A stretch of 64,000 bases of DNA from Candidatus Aminicenantes bacterium (GTDB taxonomy: Bacteria; Acidobacteriota; Aminicenantia; Aminicenantales; Aminicenantaceae). Shown piece by piece: positions 46,935 through 56,336 of this stretch. The notes under the pieces are model-generated. The model saw nothing but the letters and a program-made list of their open reading frames with translations, had not been told where the DNA came from and did not search any database. The stretch covers positions 50,347-114,346 of the forward strand of contig WVXO01000061.1 in the NCBI GenBank assembly GCA_011773465.1, given 5' to 3'. Within the stretch, counting starts at the first letter, position 1. Every line of letters starts with the position of its first letter. The translations under genes and the position numbers were made by a program.

Positions 46935-48147
46935 ATTTCAAGGCAATAACCGGATCCACTTTTGATGCTCGATGTGAAGGGAAAAGTGTCGAGAGAAAAC
47001 TGATTAAAAGAGCAACTCCTAAAATCAAGATTAAATCAAAAAGTTTGATATGAAAAGGAACGAAAGAGATCTGATAGATATCTACTGGCACCTTGATAAG
47101 CTCAAAAGTATTTGCAAGCAGGCACCAAATCAATCCCAGGGTTACCCCAGCAGCTGTTCCGATGATTCCGATCATAGCTCCCTGGAGGAAAAATATTTTC
47201 TTTATGCTTTGAGAGGTGGCGCCCATAGCCATGAGAATACCAATGTCTCTTGTCTTCTCCATAACCATCAAGATAAGAGTAGCTATAATATTCAAGGCCG
47301 CGACAAAAACAATGAGGGCGATGGTGAGAAACATGATGTTTTTCTCAAGTTTCAAAGCAGAAAAGAGAGACTTATTCAATTCCATCCAAGTCGTCACATA
47401 GACCAGAGGAGAGACGATCTCTTTAATCTTATTGCCTATTTTCGGAGCATCGAAAATGTTATCTATTCTGACTTGAATGTAACTTATGTCCTCACCAAGG
47501 CCAAAAAATTTCTGCGCTGATTCCAGCCAAGCGAGAGCTGTTGAGGAATCAAACTCATACAAGCCAGTGTTGAAAATGCCGGTCACAATAAATCTCTTTC
47601 TTTTAGGAATAGGGCCCATCGGCGATAAACGGGAAGAAGAAGTAATGATAGTCACCACATCTCCGATACCCACCCCAACGCTTGCAGCTATTTCACGACC
47701 GAGAAGGACACCCTCCCTTTTGGAGTCAGGGTCAGGAATATTTCCTCCCTCCAATTCCTGAAGCCACTGCGAGTGTTTTTTCTCTAAATCAAAATCAATG
47801 CCCTTAAACAGAGCACCTTTATTCTCAGAGGGGCCTATCAGAAACACACCTTCATGAACAACTGGAGAAACAGATTTTACCCCTTTTAGACTCTGTATTT
47901 TTGATATCAGTTGAGGATAATCCTTCAACCCTTCCGGGTCCATATCATAAACCATGAGATGGGAAGTAGCCCCAAGGATTTTATCCTGAACATCATCCTG
48001 AAACCCCGTAATTAGAGCTATAGCTATAATAAGAGCCATAACTCCGATAGTAATGCCCAGAATGGAGATAAAGGTGATAACAGAGATAAAAGCTTGCTTC
48101 CTTTTTGCGGTCATGTATCGCCTGGCAATGAACGACTCATAGCTCAT
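46927..48147 (-). CDS. Lipoprotein-releasing permease LolC/E family
   Basis: FtsX/MacB-type 4-TM topology with a periplasmic domain. Has the conserved RDIGILMAMGA motif. Confidence 0.85.
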   Translation of the reverse strand: MSYESFIARRYMTAKRKQAFISVITFISILGITIGVMALIIAIALITGFQDDVQDKILGATSHLMVYDMDPEGLKDYPQLISKIQSLKGVKSVSPVVHEGVFLIGPSENKGALFKGIDFDLEKKHSQWLQELEGGNIPDPDSKREGVLLGREIAASVGVGIGDVVTIITSSSRLSPMGPIPKRKRFIVTGIFNTGLYEFDSSTALAWLESAQKFFGLGEDISYIQVRIDNIFDAPKIGNKIKEIVSPLVYVTTWMELNKSLFSALKLEKNIMFLTIALIVFVAALNIIATLILMVMEKTRDIGILMAMGATSQSIKKIFFLQGAMIGIIGTAAGVTLGLIWCLLANTFELIKVPVDIYQISFVPFHIKLFDLILILGVALLISFLSTLFPSHRASKVDPVIALKYE

Positions 48148-48161
48148 GGTAAAAACTCAAA

Positions 48162-49694
48162 TTATTCCTTTTTGGGGCGAAGAAGAGGAAAAAGGATAAC
48201 ATCCCTTATGGACTTTCTGTTGGCAAAAATCATCACCAGTCGATCAATCCCAATCCCTTCGCCCCCGGTAGGGGGAAGTCCGTATTCTAATGCATGGATA
48301 TAGTCGGTATCAACCAAGTGCGCACTCTCGTCTCCTTTTTTTCTCGCTTCTGCTTGCTGTTCAAACCTCTTTCTCTGTTCTGCAGGGTCCGATAATTCAC
48401 TAAAAGCATTGGCAATTTCTATACCACCCATGACGAGCTCGAAACGTTCGGCTTCCTCCGGATTTTCTTTCGAGGCTTTGGCCAGAGGTGAAACCTCCTT
48501 AGGAAAGTCAATCACAAAAGTCGGCTGGACAAGATTTTGTTTGACGTATTTATCAAAAATTATATCCAACGCCTTCCCGTAGGAAAGGCCCTTTTTATCA
48601 GGGGCCAAGGTCGAAGCCAATTCTATCGTGCCTGACCTGTCATCAAAACGATCGGGAGCAAGACCACTGTAATAAACCAATGCTTCTTTGAATTTAATCC
48701 TTTTCCAGGGCCTTTTCACAGAAATGTTTTTTTCCATAAAATCGATCTTTTCTGTCCCGAGAAGAGAGAGACTCAAGTCATGGATAAGCTCTTCGGTCAA
48801 TTCCATCATATCATGATAATCGCTGTAAGCTTCGTAAAATTCCAGCATGGTAAACTCTGGATTGTGCTCGGAAGAAATTCCTTCATTCCTGAAGTTACGA
48901 TTAATCTCGTAGACCTTTTCAAAGCCTCCCACAATCAACCTCTTCAAATAAAGCTCCGGAGCAATTCTCAAATAGAGATCAATACCCAGGGCATTATGAA
49001 AGGTTTTAAACGGCCTGGCCAAAGCTCCTCCAGGTATGCTGTGCATCATAGGAGTTTCCACCTCGATGTATCCTTTCTTATCAAAAAACTTTCTTATATG
49101 AGAGATCATAGAGCTTCTGAGCCTAAACACATCTTTTTCCGCAGGATTCATGATTAAGTCCAGATATCTTTTTCGGTAACGAAGCTCGATATCCTGAAGT
49201 CCGTGCCATTTTTCCGGAAGAGGATGAAGACATTTGGCCAAAAACGTGAATGAATCAATAAAAACAGTCAACTCTCCGGTCCTGGTCTTGAACAAAGTTC
49301 CTTCAATCAAGAGGAAATCACCGATATCTATTAATGAGAAAAGCTTGTAGTTTTTCTTGCCTACTTTATCTTCTTTCAAGTAAGCCTGAATTCGAGACCG
49401 GCTGTCCGTTATATGTAAAAAAGTGGCTTTGCCCATACTTCTGATAGACATAACTCTACCGGCTAGGGTGACTCTCTTTTTTTTCTTTTCAAGATTTCCT
49501 TTTGAAGCCGAAGAGAAACCTTCCGTCACATCAAAAACAGTATGAGTTGTCTTTACTTTTCGAGGAAAAAGCTCAATCTTTTCCTGGGCAAGTTTTTCCA
49601 TTTTTGCCTGGCGAGCAATTTCCTGGTCTCCCTTCTTTTGATCTGCAGCTTGATTCAAGTTTTCTTTTCCTTTTGGGGCTTTCTTTTCAGGCAT
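48162..49694 (-). CDS. lysS: Lysine--tRNA ligase (class II)
   Basis: OB anticodon-binding domain and class II motifs (FRNEG, ELSDP, GGEGIGIDRL). Confidence 0.93.
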   Translation of the reverse strand: MPEKKAPKGKENLNQAADQKKGDQEIARQAKMEKLAQEKIELFPRKVKTTHTVFDVTEGFSSASKGNLEKKKKRVTLAGRVMSIRSMGKATFLHITDSRSRIQAYLKEDKVGKKNYKLFSLIDIGDFLLIEGTLFKTRTGELTVFIDSFTFLAKCLHPLPEKWHGLQDIELRYRKRYLDLIMNPAEKDVFRLRSSMISHIRKFFDKKGYIEVETPMMHSIPGGALARPFKTFHNALGIDLYLRIAPELYLKRLIVGGFEKVYEINRNFRNEGISSEHNPEFTMLEFYEAYSDYHDMMELTEELIHDLSLSLLGTEKIDFMEKNISVKRPWKRIKFKEALVYYSGLAPDRFDDRSGTIELASTLAPDKKGLSYGKALDIIFDKYVKQNLVQPTFVIDFPKEVSPLAKASKENPEEAERFELVMGGIEIANAFSELSDPAEQRKRFEQQAEARKKGDESAHLVDTDYIHALEYGLPPTGGEGIGIDRLVMIFANRKSIRDVILFPLLRPKKE

Positions 49695-50127
49695 GTTCTT
49701 TTTCCTTCAACGATTTCTTTATATCTTTTAGATCTTTTCGTATGGCATCTAATATTCCATTCACGAATGTTGCAGCCTCATCTCCGCTGTATTTTTTGGC
49801 TATCTCAATCGCTTCATTTATTATTATCGCCGGGGCAATATTCTCTTCGTAGAGAAGCTCAAAAACAGCCATTCTCAATATATTACGATCCACAAGAGCC
49901 ATGCGAGAGATGCGCCAATGCTCAGAAACCTGTTGAATGATATTATCGATTTTCGCTTGATCAGAAATTATGCCCTTGACCAACCAGGTGCTGTATTCTT
50001 TTATTTCCTCGGAAGCTTCTTTGCTCTCCCAGTATTGATTAAGCGTCTTTTCAATTTGCTTGTTTTCAAATTCTAATCTAAAGAGAATACGGAGGGTTTC
50101 CTCCCGGGCTTTCCTTCTTCGGCCCAT
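49687..50127 (-). CDS. nusB: Transcription antitermination factor NusB
   Basis: GRRRKAREETLRILF, and the conserved ribH-nusB gene order. Confidence 0.9.
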   Translation of the reverse strand: MGRRRKAREETLRILFRLEFENKQIEKTLNQYWESKEASEEIKEYSTWLVKGIISDQAKIDNIIQQVSEHWRISRMALVDRNILRMAVFELLYEENIAPAIIINEAIEIAKKYSGDEAATFVNGILDAIRKDLKDIKKSLKEKEHA

Positions 50128-50142
50128 GAGGCAGTGTCCACC

Positions 50143-50613
50143 TTATTCAAGTCCAGATTCTTTTATCAAGTTAAGTGTCTCCACAACAGACATCACTGCA
50201 TCCCAACCTTTATTACCTCCTTTTGTGCCCGCGCGTTCTATTCCCTGCTCAATCGTATCAACTGTCAAGATGCCAAAGGAAACAGGCAAGCTTTCTTCCA
50301 TAGATATTTGAGATAATCCTTTTGTTATTTCAGCGCTTAAAAAATCAAAATGCGGCGTATCCCCTCTTACCAAGGCACCTAAGCAGACAATTCCATCCAC
50401 TTTTTTTCCCCGGGCCAATTTTTTAACAACAACCGGAACCTCAAAGGAACCAGGAACTCTGTAAACAGATATATCTTGCTCTGCTGCTCCTAACTTATGG
50501 AGAGCATCTAGAGCGCCTTCCAGTAGTCTTTCTGAAATAAATTGGTTAAAGCGGCTGACAACAATTCCTATCTTTAAACCTTTTGCTTGAAGTTTTCCTT
50601 GGTATGTTTTCAT
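50143..50613 (-). CDS. ribH: 6,7-dimethyl-8-ribityllumazine synthase
   Basis: [17 protein letters not shown] and HFDF. I chose the start at ATG 50613 (MKTYQG), 6 nt after AGGGAG. The track TTG extension to 50679 is unlikely. Confidence 0.9.
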   Translation of the reverse strand: MKTYQGKLQAKGLKIGIVVSRFNQFISERLLEGALDALHKLGAAEQDISVYRVPGSFEVPVVVKKLARGKKVDGIVCLGALVRGDTPHFDFLSAEITKGLSQISMEESLPVSFGILTVDTIEQGIERAGTKGGNKGWDAVMSVVETLNLIKESGLE

Positions 50614-50913
50614 TTTCATCTCCCTTTGACATTCGTGAAAGTTTGCCTTTCTCTTTTCCAAAACTGAGGAGGAACTCAATCAGGATCACTCCTGTAAACT
50701 TCCCAGGGAAAATAAATAAAATTTTTTAGCTCCGATTTACTCTTTGCATTTTCAGCCTGGATAGCTTTCACTCCTGTTCCTCCCTTCAAAATTTTACCTA
50801 TTTTACCAGATAAAAGCTTTTTTTGCACTAGGAATATATTATGTCGCTTCATCCATCCCCGAAAACTCTTACTTTATGGATGATGAGTTCCTCATCACCG
50901 GAACCAGACCTCA

Positions 50914-50994
50914 GGGGATCAGGCCTTGCCACTGTGAAAAGATATTTTCTTCCCTTTAGCTCTTAGGCCATTCCAAGGGATAAGGCCTGACTCC
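50914..50994. repeat. Family-A palindromic repeat unit (~81 bp)
   Basis: GGGGATCAGGCCTTGCC (50914-50930) and AAGGCCTGACTCC (50982-50994) form inverted termini. Confidence 0.6.
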
Positions 50995-51145
50995 AAAAAT
51001 ATCACCCTACATCATGTCCCTGGGGTATTCCCGAGGATACGCTCTGATCCCAAATATACTTACGGGTAGTGATTGAGTTTGAAATAGTTTTATGATAATT
51101 TTTTATAAATAAGAGATAACTTCTATGGAGTTTTAGGAGGCCATA

Positions 51146-53587
51146 ATGAAAAGAGCAACAAATTTCAAAGAACTCCCTGCAAACTTGCTGAAGTGGAGCT
51201 GCGATCTTGAAAAGATTCCTTTTCACACAAGCGATGATTGCAAAGCTTGCGAAGGAATTATCGGTCAGGAAAGAGCACTCAGAGCCATCCAGATAGGTTT
51301 AGATATCAATAGCCTCGGCTACAATATATTTATAACTGGGATGGTGGGAACAGGTCGAACCACAACCATTAAGCAACTCTTGGAAAAAATGGAAAAGGGA
51401 GAAATAACCCCTGATGATCTTCTCTATGTTAACAACTTTAAAAATCCTGATGAACCGACGATGATATCCCTTCCAGCTGGAAAAGGAAAACTTTTTAAAG
51501 AAGCCATACAGAGTCTTATCGAAATGCTAAAAACTAACGTTCCGGAAATGCTTAAAAGCAAGTATTATTCAGAAAAAAGAGACAGTATAATCGAATCCCA
51601 GCAAAAAAAGCAAAAAGAAATCCTTAAGAATTTTGAAAAGGAAGTAGCCAAGGAAGGATTTTCTGTTATCCAGGTTCAGATGGGTCTTTTTGTAAAGCCT
51701 GACCTAGTCCCTTTGATCGGCGGTCAGCCCACTCCTTTTAGCAAACTCGAGGCCCTGGTCAAAAAAGGCGAATTTCCAAAAGAAAGATATGAAGAGCTGA
51801 GCACAAAATACGAAAAACTGACTGATAGACTTGAAGAAATATTCGAACAGATGAAAGAAATCGAGGAGGAGACCCGAAATCTCTTGAAAAACTGGGATGC
51901 GCAGTCTATAACGCCTTTAATCACAGGGGCTATCAATGAGATACGGTCAAAATTTAACTATCCAAAAATTTCTGAATACCTGGAAGAAATCGAAAATAAC
52001 CTCATCAAGAACATTGCCCTCTTTAAAAGCGAAAAAAGGGAGGCAAAGGAAATTGAACCTATCGATCCGTTCTCAGCATTCAGAGTTAATCTCCTAATAG
52101 ATAATTCAGATGTGAAGGGTTCCCCTGTTATCATGGAAACAAACCCGAATTACATCAATCTTTTTGGTTCAATAGAACTCGTCTCTTCTCGATATGGCAT
52201 CATCCAAACCGATTTTACGAGAATCAAGTCTGGCTCTTTTCTTAAAGCCAACGGCGGTTATCTAGTTATAAATGCACTGGATGCCCTGATTGAACCCGGT
52301 GTTTGGCCTACTCTTAAGAGAACCCTGAGGAATCAAACATTAGAAATCCAAAATTACGCTTCGCTTTACCTCATTTCCCCAATCAGACTCAAACCTCAGC
52401 CCATTAAATGCAATGTCAAAGTTGCCATGATAGGGGATGCATATATCTATAACCTCCTTTACCACTTAGATGAAGATTTCAAGAAAATATTCAAGGTAAA
52501 AGCTGAATTTGACTCCGAGATGAAGAAGGACAAAAAAACTGCCAAAGAATATGTCACCTTCATAAAGAAAATTTCTGACGATGATAAGCTAAGGCCATTT
52601 GATAAAAGCGGAATCGCTGCTGTCATCGAATACGGAACACGCCTTGCCGGAAGACAGAAAAAAATTTCTACAAGGTTCCATATTATTGCCGACGTCCTGC
52701 GCGAGGCCAGCTACTGGGCTCAAAAAGACAAGAAAAAGACGGTCAGCGGCGAGCATGTTGAAAAAGCCATTCATGAGCGTTTCGAGAGGGTAAGCTTGAT
52801 AGAGGATAAGATTCAGGAGTTCATCGAAGAAGGAACTATCATGATCGATACCGAAGGCAAAGTCGAAGGCCAGGTGAACGGGCTTTCAGTCTATGATATG
52901 GGCGAATTTGCCTTCGGCAAACCTACCCGAATCACAGCAAGGACAGCCGTGGGAAGAGCAGGAGTCATAAACATTGAAAGAGAAGCTGATTTAAGCGGCC
53001 GAACGCACAACAAGGGCGTCCTCATCCTAGGAGGATACCTGAGAGGAAAATATGCCCAGAAAAAGCCCTTTTCTCTCTCCGCAAGCATCGCTTTTGAACA
53101 GTCCTATTCTGGAGTTGAAGGAGACAGCGCCTCCTCTACCGAGGTTTACGCCATTCTCTCCTGCCTTTCTAAATTGCCTTTAAGACAGGATATAGCTGTC
53201 ACAGGCTCGCTCAACCAGAAGGGAGAGATTCAGCCTATAGGTGGCGTAAACGAAAAAATTGAGGGTTTTTTCGAAGTCTGCAAGGCTAAAGGCCTTACAG
53301 GAAATCAGGGAGTTATCATTCCCCATCAAAACATCCAAAATCTCATGCTCCGCAATGATGTGGTTGAAGCTGTTAAGCAAGGGGAATTTCACATCTACCC
53401 TGTTAAATCTATAGATGAGGGAGTTGAAATTCTGACAGGAATCAAAGCTGGAGAAAGAAAAAAAGATGGGACATTTGAAGAAGGCACAGTGAATCATCTT
53501 GTCGATCAGGAACTGCAGAGACTGGCGAAAAGCTGGAAGACATTCTCCGCTCCACCCGAAAAAGGAAAAGAGAAAGAATCAGAATGA
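51146..53587 (+). CDS. Lon-like protease (LonC/COG1067-type: AAA-like module with a long helical insertion plus a Lon Ser-Lys protease domain)
   Basis: GMVGTGRTT P-loop-like motif, a ~300-aa charged insertion, and GGYLVINALDAL. The C-terminal GDSASS serine motif is typical of Lon protease domains. Confidence 0.82.
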   Translation: MKRATNFKELPANLLKWSCDLEKIPFHTSDDCKACEGIIGQERALRAIQIGLDINSLGYNIFITGMVGTGRTTTIKQLLEKMEKGEITPDDLLYVNNFKNPDEPTMISLPAGKGKLFKEAIQSLIEMLKTNVPEMLKSKYYSEKRDSIIESQQKKQKEILKNFEKEVAKEGFSVIQVQMGLFVKPDLVPLIGGQPTPFSKLEALVKKGEFPKERYEELSTKYEKLTDRLEEIFEQMKEIEEETRNLLKNWDAQSITPLITGAINEIRSKFNYPKISEYLEEIENNLIKNIALFKSEKREAKEIEPIDPFSAFRVNLLIDNSDVKGSPVIMETNPNYINLFGSIELVSSRYGIIQTDFTRIKSGSFLKANGGYLVINALDALIEPGVWPTLKRTLRNQTLEIQNYASLYLISPIRLKPQPIKCNVKVAMIGDAYIYNLLYHLDEDFKKIFKVKAEFDSEMKKDKKTAKEYVTFIKKISDDDKLRPFDKSGIAAVIEYGTRLAGRQKKISTRFHIIADVLREASYWAQKDKKKTVSGEHVEKAIHERFERVSLIEDKIQEFIEEGTIMIDTEGKVEGQVNGLSVYDMGEFAFGKPTRITARTAVGRAGVINIEREADLSGRTHNKGVLILGGYLRGKYAQKKPFSLSASIAFEQSYSGVEGDSASSTEVYAILSCLSKLPLRQDIAVTGSLNQKGEIQPIGGVNEKIEGFFEVCKAKGLTGNQGVIIPHQNIQNLMLRNDVVEAVKQGEFHIYPVKSIDEGVEILTGIKAGERKKDGTFEEGTVNHLVDQELQRLAKSWKTFSAPPEKGKEKESE

Positions 53588-53588
53588 C

Positions 53589-54317
53589 CTATTGCTTCAG
53601 TGCTGCCAGTTTTTTAAGAGTATCAATTTCTTTGCGGGTGAGATAGCGCCATTTCCCTGTTTTAAGAACCCCCAATTTTAAACCACCGAAACTGATTCTT
53701 TGCAGCTGAAGAACCTTATGGCCGATTGCTTGGAACATCCTTTTAACCTCTCTCTTTCTCCCCTCATAGATTTCAATCTTAAAGAGGCTCTTTTTTGGAT
53801 CGCTTCTAATCTGAGCAATCTTGGCGGGAGCTGTCTTTTTGCCGTCAAGATAAATTCCTTTTTCGAGTCTCCTAAGCTCTGAAGGAACTGGCTCACCCTT
53901 GACTTTAACCAAATAAGCTTTGGGAACTTGAAAGCGAGGATGGGTTAAGCGGTAAGCCAATTCGCCGTCATTCGTCAAGAGCAGAAGGCCGCTGCTGCCA
54001 TAGTCCAACCTTCCGACTGGAAAGACTCTCTTCCTCAGGGGAGGAAGCAAATGCTGAATCGTGGGCCTTTGGAAACTATCCTTGAGAGTTACCAGATACC
54101 CTGGGGGCTTATTCAGCATCAAATAGACCAGTCCTTCCTCTCTTTCCACTCTCCTCTCATCAACTTCTACTCTATCCTTCTCATCATCTATCTTGTAACC
54201 CAGCATCCGCACCACCTGACCGTTTACTTTGATTCTTCCCTCAGCAATCATCTTATCGACTTCTCTTCTTGAAGCAACTCCTGCCTGAGCCAAGAATTTA
54301 TTTAGCCTGATCTGCAT
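53589..54317 (-). CDS. Pseudouridine synthase, RsuA/RluB family (S4 domain plus catalytic domain)
   Basis: RLNKFLAQAGVASRREVD (S4) and GRLDYGSSGLLLLTNDG (catalytic Asp). Confidence 0.88.
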   Translation of the reverse strand: MQIRLNKFLAQAGVASRREVDKMIAEGRIKVNGQVVRMLGYKIDDEKDRVEVDERRVEREEGLVYLMLNKPPGYLVTLKDSFQRPTIQHLLPPLRKRVFPVGRLDYGSSGLLLLTNDGELAYRLTHPRFQVPKAYLVKVKGEPVPSELRRLEKGIYLDGKKTAPAKIAQIRSDPKKSLFKIEIYEGRKREVKRMFQAIGHKVLQLQRISFGGLKLGVLKTGKWRYLTRKEIDTLKKLAALKQ

Positions 54318-54319
54318 TT

Positions 54320-55426
54320 TCAGTAGTCTTTTCCCAGGAGATGAATGTTCCCAATCCTTACTCTCTTAAGACCAGCTTCTTCAGCAGCCTCTTTACATTC
54401 CTCTGCGTGGCGGCGAGATGTGGGAGGCAAATCACGAAAATAAAAATGAGGGAAAAAACCAAGGAGCGAGTATGGGATTTCGGAATTGAGAGAGGCTATA
54501 AATTTTGCCGTATTGTAAACTTCTTCTCTCTCTATGTATCCTGGAACAAGGAGTGTACTGGCCACAACCAAAGGTGGATCTTTTCTCTTTTTTATCCACC
54601 TTGCTGCCAGCTCAAAATTGATTTTTGTCTGATGGTTGCTCCTGCCGCATAAGGCGAGGCTCAGGCTGGGATGAAACGCTTTTAAATCAAATTTCACACA
54701 ACCACCGCTCTCTAAAGCGACGTCCAGAATTTCTTCCAGGAATCGGCTGTTCATGGTTCCGTTCGTTTCCCAGCAGAACCTCAATATTTTTTTATCCTTT
54801 CGGGCCAGGGCAAGGCGGGAGGTGTGGAGGGAATGGAGGAGCTGCGGCGAAGGGTCTCCCCCGAAGTAGCAGACACAAGAAGTCGTTTCATCTGCAGCCT
54901 GAGACAATTCAAGCGACGATTGAGGCTTTTTTATCCTTAAGTCTTGCCTGAAATGCCAGTTTTGACAGAAAAGGCAGTTGAAGGTGCAGCCGTGATAAAA
55001 TACAGCCAAGTTTTTGTACCCATATTCAGCACCTTTGGAATAAGCATAGCGGGGGAAACCGGCACCGGTCCCACCAGGGCAAACCCAATCTGCAACACAA
55101 TTCGTGGGCAACGCGTCATAATACCACGAGAAAAAGCCTTGCTTGGGAAGAGGGCTGATTTTCTTCCCTTCTGTATTCTCCCTTACTCCGCAGTAGCCTG
55201 TCTCACCTTTTCCTATTTGGCACTTGTTGAAACAATAATTGCAGGAAATTCCGCCCTTCTCCTGCGGTGGAGACGGAGGGAGGGCAAAGGCTTCTCTTGA
55301 AATTTGATGAGCCTTGTGAATACGAGACTCAACTTCCTTGAAATTGGAAAGAATGCAGTCGCGGCATAAGCCTAAAAACTTAGAGATGGCATTATGCTCT
55401 TTTCCACAATTGATGCATTTGCCCAT
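54320..55426 (-). CDS. Radical SAM enzyme (PflA/AmmeMemoRadiSam-activase-like) with N-terminal Cys-rich extensions
   Basis: CTFNCLFCQNW (CxxxCxxC). Upstream Cys clusters CINCG..CRDC and CNYCFNKCQIGKGETGYCGVREN. Confidence 0.78.
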   Translation of the reverse strand: MGKCINCGKEHNAISKFLGLCRDCILSNFKEVESRIHKAHQISREAFALPPSPPQEKGGISCNYCFNKCQIGKGETGYCGVRENTEGKKISPLPKQGFFSWYYDALPTNCVADWVCPGGTGAGFPRYAYSKGAEYGYKNLAVFYHGCTFNCLFCQNWHFRQDLRIKKPQSSLELSQAADETTSCVCYFGGDPSPQLLHSLHTSRLALARKDKKILRFCWETNGTMNSRFLEEILDVALESGGCVKFDLKAFHPSLSLALCGRSNHQTKINFELAARWIKKRKDPPLVVASTLLVPGYIEREEVYNTAKFIASLNSEIPYSLLGFFPHFYFRDLPPTSRRHAEECKEAAEEAGLKRVRIGNIHLLGKDY

Positions 55427-55439
55427 TATTATTAAAGGT

Positions 55440-55530
55440 GGGTTTGATAAATCAAACCCCTACAAAAATCAAGCCCTTACAATGAATCAGGCCCTTACAA
55501 TGAACCAAGCCCTTACAATGAATCAAGTCG
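55440..55530. repeat. Family-B REP-like hairpin followed by an 18-bp tandem repeat (about 3.5 copies)
   Basis: GGGTTTGATAAATCAAACCC (55440-55459) then CTAC, followed by AATCAAGCCCTTACAATG / AATCAGGCCCTTACAATG / AACCAAGCCCTTACAATG / AATCAAGTCG (55467-55530). Confidence 0.85.
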
Positions 55531-56118
55531 AGGCTTGGCAAGGATCTCCATGATCCTGAGGTCGAAAAAATTCTGAGCATGAGCTGGCTGCAAAACGATA
55601 GCTGTGTCAGCCCCTCGACCAGTACCCCCTACAGAAATGCAGGGTTCGCGTGTGGAGATGAGCCCCGCATCTGCAGCCATGAGCACAATTTCAACAGCAA
55701 CCTTTGTTCCTTCGCCAAAAATTCGCAACGTATAAGCAATTATTTCTTCCAGCTCATAAGTTTCCAGCTTTTTCCTGACTGCCCGACCTACTCCTCCCAA
55801 AGCATGCTGACAGGTCAGAATTTTGACTCCAGCTTCTTCGATTTTTTTCCGAAATTCAGGCAGAAGCTGCTGGTAATCTGGCTTCACAAAACCCGTAGAG
55901 TGGGTAACAACAACCAAATTTTTCGAAGTGAAAATATTGGCTGCAATTATGCCAGTTTCTCCTGATGTAGTCGCTACAACGACATTTTGAATCCCCAACT
56001 CTTCGGCTCTCTTCGCTGCTACCTCCAGAGTTTTGCCAGTATTCTCCCGTCCTGTTTTTTTGAAATAGACACAAGAACCAGATACCGCAGATGAATCGCT
56101 TTTATTTACAACTGACAT
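55513..56118 (-). CDS. Pyruvate-kinase C-terminal (alpha/beta) domain-like protein of unknown function
   Basis: The pattern NVVVATTSGETG..VVVTHSTGF..GVKILTCQHALGG resembles PK_C-like stand-alone proteins. The last 6 codons lie in the repeat array. Confidence 0.6.
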   Translation of the reverse strand: MSVVNKSDSSAVSGSCVYFKKTGRENTGKTLEVAAKRAEELGIQNVVVATTSGETGIIAANIFTSKNLVVVTHSTGFVKPDYQQLLPEFRKKIEEAGVKILTCQHALGGVGRAVRKKLETYELEEIIAYTLRIFGEGTKVAVEIVLMAADAGLISTREPCISVGGTGRGADTAIVLQPAHAQNFFDLRIMEILAKPRLDSL

Positions 56119-56336
56119 GAAAGACTCTCCTTATCTCATATATTAAATATTAATCTTTGTCTCTTCTACAACTATCTTTGCTGCCCCACTTTTCCTTTAT
56201 GCATGCCTAACGCGGCCAATGAACTCATGCCCAAAGATTCCTTTAAAAGAGCCATCATCACATCTTAGCTTATTTTGTTTTCTCCGTAGAAAGTTGTCAA
56301 GAGTGAGGTCGCTTGCGATGTAACACACCAAAGAGC

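Noticed and set aside
50680-51000. FMN (RFN) riboswitch upstream of ribH
   Set aside because: Neither strand contains the conserved RFN core segments that I can recognise. Only a family-A repeat and short duplicated motifs are present.
51146-53587. BrxL-type Lon-like protease as a marker of a BREX defence island
   Set aside because: No pglX, pglZ or brxABC-like genes flank it. The neighbours are ribH and a pseudouridine synthase, and the domain layout fits the LonC/COG1067 type.
55338-55553. 71-aa plus-strand ORF with an NQALTM x3 repeat
   Set aside because: The periodic peptide is simply the translation of the 18-bp intergenic tandem repeat. The ORF also runs antisense into the radical-SAM start.
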